Shown here: positions 39,007-50,506 of the stretch, piece after piece
Numbering within the stretch: the stretch's first letter is position 1
Layout of the letters: each line of letters begins with the position of its first letter
Assembly: GCF_001194135.2 (NCBI RefSeq)
Contig: NC_068981.1
Location: 60,174,973-60,238,972 of the forward strand
Source: Octopus bimaculoides
Taxonomy: Eukaryota
Direction: 5' to 3'
DNA: 64,000 nt
Position numbers and translations under genes: made by a program
The notes under the pieces: model-generated
Seen by the model: only the letters and a program-made list of their open reading frames with translations
Told to the model about the DNA's origin: nothing
Database searches by the model: none

Positions 39007-40105
39007 GTTTCGGGATTTTTTTGTCTATAACTCTATCTGGACAAGACGTTTTTCTACCTTCAGTTGTAGAGAGGTTTTATGTCTGCAGCCAACAAATATG
39101 ACGTGTCCCCTATACCGCTAAGAGCTTTAAATGTGCAAAACCAATAAACACTTTCTGACCGGCCTGTCCTAAACAAGTGACCTCCTATGTGGCTGTTGTC
39201 ACTGATTTAAATATATATGATACTATTTATGTAAATTGTATAATCAGCTAACCGAGAAAATCTACGATTGATGAATGGATAAACTTATAAAAATTTGTTT
39301 TACTGTTCCCTTTTCCTCCAATTCTCTCCCTCACTCAGAATGTTCATAATACCCCACAGCATACATATACTTGTTAGTTGCAGAGTTTTCAGTATCTTTT
39401 AAAGCACCCTATCTTATGAATAAATACGCTGGAGCTTATTCATTTATGGAAGCATTTATAAAATAATTTATACAATAGTATGATACTGAAAACTCAACGA
39501 TTGCTATTAATACTGCACTGGAACAATTGCTGTATTTTGTAATTAAAGTTATCGTTGAAAAAGCTAGTTTGTGCTATTATATATCTTATGATATGTAGTA
39601 TCATATATTAATACCGACGCAAAGAAAATGTTGATATTTCACATCATGAAGTTATTTAAGGACAGTGTGGATGGTCGAAAGATTAAATACACAAAGTTAA
39701 TTAACTTTTTATTCTCACTTCTGATTTTGCATTAGATTATCTGGAGCAATTAGAAAGGTTCTACGAGTATATAATGGTTGAGTTTAAATCCATAGCAGAT
39801 GTTTCTTTTATATATTGTACAGAATGTACAGGGTAGGAGTTAGATGAGTTAGCTTGAAAAATTCTCCTCTTACAGGTCGTTGATAATCGGCCAGGCACAT
39901 CAACATCTTGTTGCACACAGCTATTGAAGTGGATACCAGTTATCAGTAGTGGAATATTTGAAATGTGTGAAACAATGGTATGCATCTCATTGTATAATTA
40001 CTTAAACATACACTCATGTGCATAAGCATTGATACACTCTTGCTCTCTCACTCGCACACATAACTGATTAAACATACATGCATGCACACACACACACACA
40101 CGCAC

Positions 40106-40146
<41 letters not shown>

Positions 40147-40754
40147 TACACATTCTCTCACACACACGTGTGCATGTGTGTATGTGTGTGTGTACAGAGT
40201 GAGAGAGAGAGAGAGAGGCATGCACACATTGATTTAATCCAGTCATCGCATATATTGTAACATCCCTTGTGTTTAGTAAAATACTAAAAAATTATCAAGA
40301 AAACGAATTAGAAATAGGGGATTGTGAACTAAACGTACGTGGGTGATGAACAAATTTTTCTTCAAATTATGTTTATGTTTTTTGTGTTATATATATATTT
40401 TTTTCTAAAAATTCATATAAAATAGTTTCCTTTGTTATGTATGGATGGATAGATGGATGCATGTATGTATGCCTGCATGTATGTATATATGTGTGTATGT
40501 TTGTANNNNNNNNNNNNNNNNNNNNNNNNATATATAGATGAATTCTAAGTATCTCTCGATACAAAAGATTGGTTGTATGTTGGCCAAGGTTTAAACTTAG
40601 CCATTGATTAGTTGTTTTTCCCCAGGATCATATTTCTCTCAGTTCACACATATATATTCCTTACTTGTTCATTATTAATAGTGAGCCTGTTTTAGTCTAC
40701 CATTTAAATAATTACTTTATTTATTATTGATATGAATACAATGTTTATAATCTA

Positions 40755-40773
40755 TTTCTTTCTACTATTTCAG
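40755..40773 (+). other. Candidate 3' splice acceptor upstream of the SLC6 start codon (5' UTR intron)
   Basis: Pyrimidine tract tttctttctactattt followed by CAG|G at 40771-40774. An alternative acceptor is ttttttttcactgaacacgCAG ending at 41008. No transcript evidence. Confidence 0.35.
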
Positions 40774-41226
40774 GATGTTGATCAGCAGTTAACACTGCCA
40801 GTGGGTTAGAATTTAGCCTAAATTCTTGAGAAAGAACAACAAACCGATATTTCAGTCGGTAGAGAAATTTTTCAAAAGATCTACAAAAGAGAATATTTCA
40901 TAGGAAATATGAATAACTCACCAACATAACTGAATCTTCAGCTGGAATTTTTCAAGTGCGACATGAATTCTTAACATTAATTTGAATTTTTTTTCACTGA
41001 ACACGCAGTGACTCATCTTGTTAAATACATGTATTACATGGAATATAAATAATCAATTTCAATTTCGTCCGCAATTATCAGCAGATTTCTAAACACAGTT
41101 ACACCATTTTGCATTCAAATATTTCTCATAGAAATCAAATAAAAAGCAATTAAGAAAACAAAGAAAAGAAAATTTTAGAGTTAAAATTGATAATATTTTC
41201 AATTAATTCTGTTGAATGAACGCATT

Positions 41227-41527
41227 ATGGAACGTATTGAAATGAATCATTTGAATATACCGAGCCCACATTCGGACGAGAATGGTGATGGAAATAGCAA
41301 CACTTTGTATGGAAGTACAATGACGCTGGGCGCAAGCTCTCCGGGAGTTGGCGCATCCACAGCGAATTTACTTAAAATTGATTTGGAGAAAAAAATCGAT
41401 CGACATACGGGTGAAGAAAGAGAAACCTGGGATAATCGTGTCCAGTTCATACTTTCACTGGCTGGTTTTGCTGTAGGACTCGGAAATGTTTGGCGTTTCC
41501 CATATTTAACTCAGAAAAATGGAGGAG
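41227..41527 (+). CDS. First coding exon of an SLC6/NSS sodium-dependent transporter, amino-acid type (B0AT/SLC6A15-20-like); partial gene
   Basis: ATG at 41227 gives [20 protein letters not shown]...[37 protein letters not shown]. The W..F/Y....[18 protein letters not shown] string is the SLC6 TM1 signature. G (not D) in AVGLGN argues against a monoamine transporter; WDN.xQF and QKNGGG resemble the SLC6A15-20 group. The exon ends GGA GGA G|GTAAGA, the phase-1 intron position typical of SLC6 genes. Confidence 0.93.
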
Positions 41528-41533
41528 GTAAGA
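41528..41533 (+). other. 5' splice donor of the SLC6 intron
   Basis: GTAAGA exactly where SLC6 similarity stops. The read-through translation ([10 protein letters not shown]...) is unrelated to SLC6. Confidence 0.88.
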
Positions 41534-41838
41534 TAAAACATTTTATTATTCTTATTCTTATTGTTATCAAATTAATGCTTTCGACATTTTCGCATCCTCC
41601 TATCTTCCTGATATGCATGTAAGATCAGTGACTCAATACATTTAAGATGAGTATCACATTTTTACAAAAAAAGGTTGGTCAGGACTGTCTATGGAAGCCA
41701 AAGGGTGGGTGGAGTGGAACTTGGAAGTTACTCTCAATGTTTTCTTTGTGAGCGTGTATAGTGGGTTTCTTTATTTACATCAATTTGTGAATACACAAAA
41801 ATATACTATACTGTATGTATAGTATAAAATATACTATA

Positions 41839-41906
<68 letters not shown>

Positions 41907-42019
41907 CTACATACACACATATACACATACACATACAATTATATATTGGGTTGAGGAATAATTCATGAGCGTGTTGTTTTTCTTCAAATTTATTTTAACC
42001 AAAAATAAACTGCAACAAA

Positions 42020-43211
42020 TTAATCAATAATATACTCGCTGTTGTTGTTTATGTCTCTCTCCCATCGTTCAATAAGTTTTTCGATGCCTCGGTGACAGAA
42101 ATCTCCCGGTCTTCACTCAAAGAATTCGTCCAGGCAAGCCCTCAATTCCACGTCATTACTGAGCGATACACCGCGCAAAGCGTTCGAAAGTAGTCGAAAG
42201 ACATAAAACTCTGGCCTCAAGTTTAGAGAGTATGGAGGATGAGGCACCACTTCCCATTCGCGTTCTTGAATCGCGGCTTTGGTCATATTGGCGATGTGAG
42301 GACGGGCTTTGTCGAGTTGCCGAAGAACGCTATTTCGCCTATCCATTCTTTTTTTTTTTTTTGCTGAATCGCTTCGTTGAATCGGTGCAGTTGTTGAACG
42401 TTGAGCTCCGCATTGAGTGTTTGGTTGCGCTCAAGCAGTTCATAATGACTGATACCTTCCAGGTCCGACCATACATATAACATGGTTTTTCGAGGATGAA
42501 AGTCTTGTTTTATTCGCGGAGTCGCATGTTTGTCGGGGCTGAGCCATTCTTTTCGCTGTTTCATATTGACGTAAAGGCACCATTTTTCATCGTCAGTGAC
42601 AATGCGGTAAAGGAAACGTTTGTGACCATGTGTTGGGTGATATCGAGCGAGCAAATTGGCAGCAGTTGTGGAGCATTGATTTTTGTTGTTTTTGCTCAAA
42701 GTGTGTGACACTCAAGCGCCGAGTTTCTGAACCTTTCCCATTGAGGGAAGGTGGTTCACTACAGTTTTTTTTTATCACAATCCATCTGTTCCAGATGGTT
42801 GTTTGACGTGGATCTCTGGTCGTTTGACATGGATCTCTGATCGTTTGACGTGGGTCTCTGGTCGTTTGACGTGGATCTCTGATCGTTAGACGTTGATCTC
42901 TGGTCGTTTGACGTGGATCTCTGATCGTTAGACGTGGATCTCTGGTCGTTTGACGTGGATTTTCGTGAAAAACTTGATTCAATCGCTCTTCATCGAACTC
43001 AGTTTGTCGACCGGTGTCTGATCCGTCCTTGAGATTAAAATTCCCATTTTGAGGCGCGAAAACCAACGGCGGGTGGTACTGTACTTTGAGACATTGCTCC
43101 TCCATATACAGCACAAATCACACGAGCAGCATCGGCGGCTTTAACACCTCGATTAAATGCAAAAAGCAAATCGCGTTGAAAATGCTCAGTTTTGTCCACT
43201 TGACATTCCAT
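42020..43211 (-). pseudogene. Mariner transposase pseudogene
   Basis: Frameshifted pieces MECQVDKTEHF..LLFAFNRG, ENPRQTTR, GKVQKLGA*VSHTLS, RIVTDDEKWCLYVN, HPRKTML, LDKARPH, HPPYSLNLRPEFY, ending SEYIID*. The first two catalytic Asp are present; the third (SPDLAPxD) is lost. Confidence 0.93.
42794..42961 (-). repeat. 21-bp tandem repeat x8 inside the transposase (DPRQTTR units)
   Basis: Units of tctg(g/a)tcgtt(t/a)gacgtggatc start at 42794, 42815, 42836, 42857, 42878, 42899, 42920 and 42941. Confidence 0.97.
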
Positions 43212-43484
43212 TTCATGATCTGAAAATACACGAAAATCAATAAAGTTAAAAAATCAAAACATACTGTCATGTAGAGCAAAACGTTCTCTTTAAAATAACA
43301 TAAAGCATTTTGCCAATGCGATTTATTTCGCGTTCATTTTTAAATTTGAAAAAAATAATGCTCATGAATTATTCGTGAACGCAATACACACACACGCGCG
43401 CGCGCACACCCACCCACACACACATATACACATATAATGGGAGGCAGGAAGCGAGAAAACAAAGAAGTGAGAGAAAGAGAGAGT

Positions 43485-43584
<100 letters not shown>

Positions 43585-44229
43585 TTGTGTATGTGTGAAA
43601 GGCTAATGCTCCGGCATTGATGGCAATAGCTTTATTGCTCCCAGTTCCAGCATTTCCTGTACATCTTTCCTGCTGAACAAAGTGACCGACAATCAAACAT
43701 TGCATTCACATCAATGATATCACCAATCTGAGAAACCTTAGACATTCATAGACATTATATTTGAATAATTCGCATGTATATAATATACATATGATAATGA
43801 CAACTCACATTCTTAATAGTTAAGAATTTTCTCATCTTAAGTGCATTATGCTTAATTTTCTTTACACCAATATATAGTAGGTGAATATCTTCATTTTTTA
43901 TGCTCTTTTAAGCTATTAAAGTGATGATAAATTATGACAATTACCATATGAAATATGAAGAGAAAAGTAATTTCTTTTTAAATAGAAAACGAGTTCGCGA
44001 AAGTAATGAAACATTACTCAGTCGTGTGATTGCTTAATTCTGTTATAAGCAACTATCTCAAATTAGCATTTAGAAGCAAGTTACCTTAGAAACCAATGCA
44101 AAAATTATGTCGCCATTATAGCGTAAATTACTCGGTATCGAAGACCGATAAATACGCTGTGGCTACATTTACTTCCTGTTTTTCTTTCTTTCTCTTCATC
44201 TCTCTCTTTCCCACATACCCACTCGCACA

Positions 44230-44286
<57 letters not shown>

Positions 44287-44385
44287 GCCTGTCTGCCTGT
44301 CTGACTACCTACCTACCTACCTACCTACCTACCTACCTACCTACCTACCTACCTACCTACCTACCTATTTATCTATCTATCTACT
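44230..44385. repeat. (TCTA)n(CTGT)n(CCTA)n tetranucleotide compound repeat
   Basis: Direct reading. Confidence 0.95.
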
Positions 44386-44849
44386 TGTATACAAACCTAA
44401 TCGTGCATAGGTGTGTATGCAAGAAAAAGATTTTAAAATCTAGGCGAATACTTTTTAAGCATGCTGTAGGAGGTAAGCCTGTCCAATCAAATTGATGAGT
44501 GAAAGTCTTTGCAATCCACAATCCACTGCTTGTCCTGCTTCTATATACGAAGTTCATACGCCGAATAAATTCCGTATATGGTCACAGAATATAGTTGACA
44601 AATTCAGAAGTGACAGATCAAATAGTTTTGATGTAGCGATGGAGTACAGCGACTCAGCTCAAGTAATAGGTTTAGTAGGCGCCTGTACTGGTGGCACGTA
44701 AAAAACACCATTCGAGTGTGGTCGATGCCAGTGCTGCCTGACTGGCTCCCATTAAAATGTCTAAACAAGAATTTTCAGAGCTGGGGGGAAGTATATAGGG
44801 AAGATGTTCTATTCACTGTTTATAAGTGTATTAAGTTTTCTTAGAGAGG

Positions 44850-45045
44850 GACAGGAAAAAGATAATTTCCTGGATGTTACTTTAGACCTGAGTACGGAGC
44901 TACATCATCCATACCACAAAACAAATGGGAACCCCAAATACAGAAGTCTAACATCTAATCATCCAAAAACAATTACAAATTCTATCGTTAGAATCGTCTA
45001 TCTTAGAATCATTAAAGTAACTGATACTGAAAAAAATATTTAAAC
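44850..45045 (+). mobile_element. Penelope-like element (PLE) RT C-terminal relic
   Basis: FLDVTLDLSTELHHPYHKTNGNPKY..LTSNHPKTITNSI matches the PLE pattern FLDVTL....Y.PY.KPN....Y....SNHP..I...I. Confidence 0.65.
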
Positions 45046-46677
45046 AAAACATAGAATTCTATAACTGAGCCTTAACTGCAGTTGTTTATACGCAAAACAT
45101 TTATTATATTCCTAATGGTGTGAGAAAAGATACACAAGGATAAAGAATGGAATTGATGAATAATGATAGAGATCACCATAATAGTAATAATAAAATCATT
45201 AAGGCACACTTTAACAAAACGGACAATACAATGAGCTTTATTAATTAGGGAAAGGAAAATCGAAATAAGATGTGCAACTTCGAACAAAAATGAACAGAAA
45301 CAGTGATATGAAAAACGAAAATAGCAGTGGGAACCCAGATGGTCAAATTACTTTTAATAAAATTAATATAAAATCTAGACATAATCGTAATAGGATAACA
45401 CTAATGGTATTGACAGTAGTAACGGCGACAATAATGTGGATACAAAAGAAGTGATAATAACGGTTTTTCTTATGATAGAAAGACTAGTAAATATCATAAT
45501 GGAAATAAAAATATGACTTGAACCAACAAGTATTAGTAAATACCCTCAGGTATTTACTAATAACTATATACATTAAAAAATAGCGATTATAGTAATAATG
45601 CTACAAAGTGTACAAAAAACTTCTTTTCATTGCTCTGGCAAAGCATTTTCCGCCACCAAGGAAATCTGGTTAAGCTATTTATATACGGTTACATTTGTTT
45701 ATTCAGCCACGAGTAACTCTTCTGAAATTAAAGCAGCACATAATTCAAAGAAGTTAAAAGTGTTTATTGAAATTAATATAACCGACTCATTTAATATTGG
45801 TAGGGATAGTAGTAGCAATAATAATAATATTGAACCCTCCTGATAATCCTTGCAGTCCCTAAGGAACAAACTGTTTGTAGGAGATCTACAAACAGATCAT
45901 AATAGTAGTAATTATATTTTAAAGAAAAATAGTCATTAAAAACTACCTAAGGTTACACATCATAATTTTGAAATGTTCAGTTCATATAAGGAAATCAGGT
46001 GTATATAAGATGTTTCATATCTTAATATAGATGAGATTCCTAGCTCAACAGCTAATATTGAGGATAGATTAAATATAAACATTTCAAATTGAAAATCTCG
46101 CAATAACAGGCTAATACATTTATGTAACTGTCAAAATCGCCTAAAATATCCACTGGATAACCAATGCTTAAGAAAGAACTTAGTTTACAGATGTTCAGTT
46201 ACAATACAGAAATGATTTCAAGTCAAAATTGTATAATCATTTCTTTCCATTTAAATTTAGATAAAAATTTTTCATGCTTTTATTCCTTTGGAGAGAGGAA
46301 AGTTGGTCTATAATATTTAATCGTCTATAATTATTGCACTACCTATAATGGTGGTGAATTAAAATAATGCAACTTACCCGATGCGGAGACACTATATATC
46401 CTTACATCCAAATGCAACATATTAAATAAAAGAAATAAATTAATGTTAAGAGATTCACATTTATTTTGAAGAACCTTTAAATCTTTCCTTAAGAAATAGA
46501 GTAATGATTAGTACACCTTAATATATTGGGTTGGCAGTGGCTTTTCGGTCTAGTTTACTTAATTTATCTTACATAATAGAAATGACATTATTTACGTCCT
46601 CAAAATTCTTTTACTTATTCTTCTAGATTTTATTGATATTGTATTTATTACTATTGTCATAATTATTTTATTACTTT

Positions 46678-46678
46678 T

Positions 46679-46735
<57 letters not shown>

Positions 46736-46751
46736 GTCGTCGCCGTCGCCG

Positions 46752-46804
<53 letters not shown>

Positions 46805-46805
46805 T
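46678..46805. repeat. (ATC)n(GTC/GCC)n(ATT)n compound repeat
   Basis: Direct reading. Confidence 0.95.
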
Positions 46806-47068
46806 TATGTTTGACTTTTGCTTTGCATTTGTACAAGTTGGATCCAAGTCTCACCCAGAGACCTCAAGAGACAACAAGTTAGAAGTTCATGTAGGTGTTA
46901 TGCCTAGGGTACCATATATTTGGATTGTGTTTGTTTTAAAATTTCAGATCACATAGACAGTATTTTACGTAGGATATGGGCAGTTCCCATGAGCACTATC
47001 TTTTGAACTTCAGCCATTTTGGAGTTTCCGGGTATCTGAGCTAGGTAGTAATCAGCCCGTTTCGCTGT
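46806..47068 (-). mobile_element. 5'-truncated R4/Dong-like LINE 3' end with (TAA)n tail
   Basis: YYLAQIPGNSKMAEVQKIVLMGTAHILRKILSM* (stop at 46949), then a 3' UTR, then (TAA)n at 46755-46805. Confidence 0.8.
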
Positions 47069-47080
47069 CATTATTATTAG

Positions 47081-47140
<60 letters not shown>

Positions 47141-47179
47141 GCTGATGATGATGATTACTATTATTATTATTATTATCAT

Positions 47180-47510
47180 TTGATAAAAACTCTCAGCTTA
47201 TTTTGGTGGGTATGAAGGAAAGAGCCAGCTGTCCACAGTCAGCAGATTAAGGTGACACTTGTTTACTAGTCATGCGTCAAAAACCCTGCGAAGAATTCTT
47301 GCAGTTTCAAGCAATGCTGATTTTCGTGGGTGTTTTATCTTTACATTTGTACCAATCTTTTTGAGTGCTGATACAAGTGGACCGCTTACTATTAGTATCA
47401 CATCTACTCACCTCATTTACCACAGCCTTCATATTTCCCCGATTCAGATCATAATTGTTCTATTTTTCTTCTTTCTCTTTGATCCTGTTGTTACCGGGAC
47501 ATGCTGTGTC
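47180..47510 (-). mobile_element. Second R4/Dong-like LINE 3' end
   Basis: DVILIVSGPLVSALKKIG..KSALLETARILRRVFDA* (TGA at 47270-72); its tail is the (TAA)n at 47070-47180. Confidence 0.75.
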
Positions 47511-47517
47511 GATCACT

Positions 47518-48340
47518 ATTATTATTTTGGTTTGCTTGAGGTTCGGGCTTATTGCTGGTAGGATTTATGTTGATAGCGGGTTACTACCTGTAACCTTAGG
47601 TACCCACAAGATTTCAGCAGTCTTTCAAGTGCTTAGAACCCGCCAGATAATCCTTGCTATCCCTAAGGAACAAACTTTTTGTAGGAGCTCTACCTGTTTT
47701 TCTATTCCAATCTCCTTCAGTCACCTGTCTACATCTTTGATTACTGTTCCCAACGCACCAATTATTATAAACAGGACCTTTACTGTTCTCATGCTCCAAA
47801 TTCTTCCTATTTCAAACCTTAAGGGATTGTATTTTTTTCCTTTCTACGATCCTGGAATCAAACAGGCATGATGGGTGGATTAGTAAGCAAATTTTCTTTT
47901 TTCTTATCTATAATTGCTATGTCCGGTCTATAATTTTCTAACTTCTTGTCTGTTTGAATAGGAAAGTCCCACAAAATCTTACGCTTCTCCAACTTTAGAA
48001 CTCTTTCAACTCGGTGATTGTACCATTTGTTTTCAACTTCAAATCCTCATTTTTGGCAGTTTCCAGTGTAAAACTTTTACAACCTGGTCCTGCCTCCATT
48101 TCTTATACTCTTCCTGTGCCAACTTGGGGCATTCTTCCGCAATGTGTACCACTGTCTTCTTTCAAGTTCCACAGGCTCTACATTTTTCTGAAATTCACTC
48201 GATATATATTTTTTCTCGAGTTGTTTGCTTTTATCGCTTGATCATAGGCTGCTACAACTAGGCTCTCTGTTTCTTTTTTTAATTGCTCCATTTTTTAAAA
48301 CCGAGCCCACGATTCTGTTTCACATACGTCTTCAGTAAGA
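47518..48340 (-). mobile_element. Third R4/Dong-like LINE 3' fragment (zinc knuckle plus RLE domain)
   Basis: KKETESLVVAA.DQA, a CCHC knuckle (C..C..HIAEECPKLAQEEYK), KILWDFPIQTD..RPDIAIID, and WNMRTVKVLFIIIGALGTV..QKVCSLGIARIIWRVLST* (TGA at 47625-27). Confidence 0.85.
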
Positions 48341-48462
48341 TGAAGAGAAGGAAATTTTGGAAATATCACGAGGTAAAATGTCTGATGGGAACATCAGATA
48401 TATGGACAGGAAAGATTGAGGAGAGTTACAGGCCAAGCAAATTATCATCATCATCATCATCA

Positions 48463-48523
<61 letters not shown>

Positions 48524-48894
48524 CATCATTATTATTAGCATCTTCTTTTAATTCCATTTCTATTTCTTCCCGAGGGTCTTCCTGACACCTAGGGCAGAGA
48601 AACGCACTCTATACATTAGTAGGTCATTAAAATAAACACACCAGATTGTTCATTTACAAAGTCATGTGATAGAAAAAAAAGGGGATTCAAAGAGAAAAAA
48701 TAAAAAAAGTAAACAAATAAAACACAGGAAGAAAAAGGAAAGAAAATTCATAGCGACAATGCTCTTCTCAATACGTGTGAGGTACCAATTAAGACAAACT
48801 TTTGCACTTCCTGCATTGATGGTAAGCCAGGGGAACATTCTTAAATAGTTTTCACTTCATTTTCTAACCATTCCAAGTGCTCCTACAATCACTG

Positions 48895-48929
<35 letters not shown>

Positions 48930-50475
48930 GTTATTATTATTATTGTTATCATCATTATTACTGCTATTATTATTAATATTATTTAAATCCCAAAACCCTA
49001 CAGATAGATTATTTAATTATTTTTCAGTTTTAGAAAATTATTTTTAAATATTTAATTATCTTTCTATTACTTTTAAATTTTAATTATTTTCATTTATATT
49101 GATTTATTCAATATATTCTTGTTTTTATTTTTAGCTTATTTCTAATTAATTTTGATTTAAGTTTTTAGCTTTGATTATCTTAACCATACTACAATCATCC
49201 TCAGTTTTAAACAACTCTTCTAAAAAGAATCTATCCATTTGTAAATAGTTTACTGATTGTTGCTTTTGCGATTCATTGTAAATCGTCTAACACCGAAAGC
49301 TTATGTTTAAATTGATAATAATCAGATGACATCCCATTGTCAACTATATGCTATTCCTTGTGAAGGGCTTCAGCTATATTTGTGAGGTGAAGAATAGTTT
49401 AAGTGTGGTAAGAAACTTCCCATTTAGTATTTCAAAACTACCTTCAGTAAGTTTGCTGGCACAAACATTCGCCAATTGTTTTGACAAAAAGCTTTTATAT
49501 TTGAAACTATTTAGCTCCCTTAAAATGTTTTTTGTTTTCTACGCCAACCTGTGTGGTGAAGTTTTGTGAATGATATGTTGGCATCAATCTATCGATCTAC
49601 ATATAATCCTAGTCAATAAAAAAGAATCGATGAGTGTACATGATTAATAAATCACAGGAATATGTAATACCAACGCCTACGNNNNNNNNNNNNNNNNNNN
49701 NNNNNNNNNNNNNNNNNNNNNNNNNNNCATATATGTATATATAATCGTTCTTTCTGTCCACTGCCTTCCTAAAGAAAAGACGTGCCTTTCCTGTCTCCTC
49801 ATGGCTCGTCTACCTAGCGTTCATAATAATATGCATCCTTATTCGAAAATGCAATACAAGCCAAGAATATTAATATCAGGCAATAAAACAAACAAAACAA
49901 ACAAAACAAACAAATAAGTTAGAAGTGAAAGTCTTACTTTAAATTTCGACTCACAGTCCAAAATAAAAAATAAAAGATAGGTAAAGAAGAGTCCTACAAT
50001 ATTATATTTCAAAATATACTAATACTTGAAAAGAGCTGCAGGATGCGCCATATTCTTCAAAAGACATACTATGATAAACTGCAAAAGAGAATCCAAATCA
50101 ATGGAAAAGTAAGAAGCGAACTTCACAGAATAACAACAGACCTAACGGTAAAAAATTGCGTAAGATTCAATAGTGAGTTCATACCGTATATTTAAACCTG
50201 TTTAGTAATTCAGAGTCGGTTACATTTTTTAATGTGCTTACACATTGTATACACTTTCATATACACCTTGTGTTGCGACACATAGTGTACCGAAGAGAAC
50301 TACTCTTCAGAACATATTCCCTACAATACAAATCCATTTCTAAATGTCTGGAATCTGTTTTGAAGATTAGTTTTGTTTAGTACCTCGTTACGTAAGTATA
50401 AAACTGTATGTGTGCTTATGTAATCAGAATCGATGTACATACATACGTACATGCATACATACATACATACATACA

Positions 50476-50506
<31 letters not shown>

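Larger units (their letters stand above)
41946..43384 (-). mobile_element. Full-length mariner (Tc1/mariner) DNA transposon, defective, antisense in the SLC6 intron
   Basis: TIRs TTGGGTTGAGGAATAATTCATGAGC (41946-41970) and GCTCATGAATTATTCGTGAACGCAA (43360-43384) match at 22/25. TA on both sides (41944-45, 43385-86). Length 1439 bp, or 1292 bp without the 147-bp tandem expansion, which is typical for mariner. Confidence 0.95.

Noticed and set aside
39750-39990. Possible piggyBac DNW motif (minus strand)
   Set aside because: A single short motif interrupted by stops; no TTAA or TIR found.
41534-41622. Read-through of the SLC6 ORF ([10 protein letters not shown]...)
   Set aside because: Intronic: it follows a canonical donor at the conserved SLC6 intron position.
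42794-42961. CRISPR-like array
   Set aside because: Contiguous units with no spacers, inside a eukaryotic transposase.
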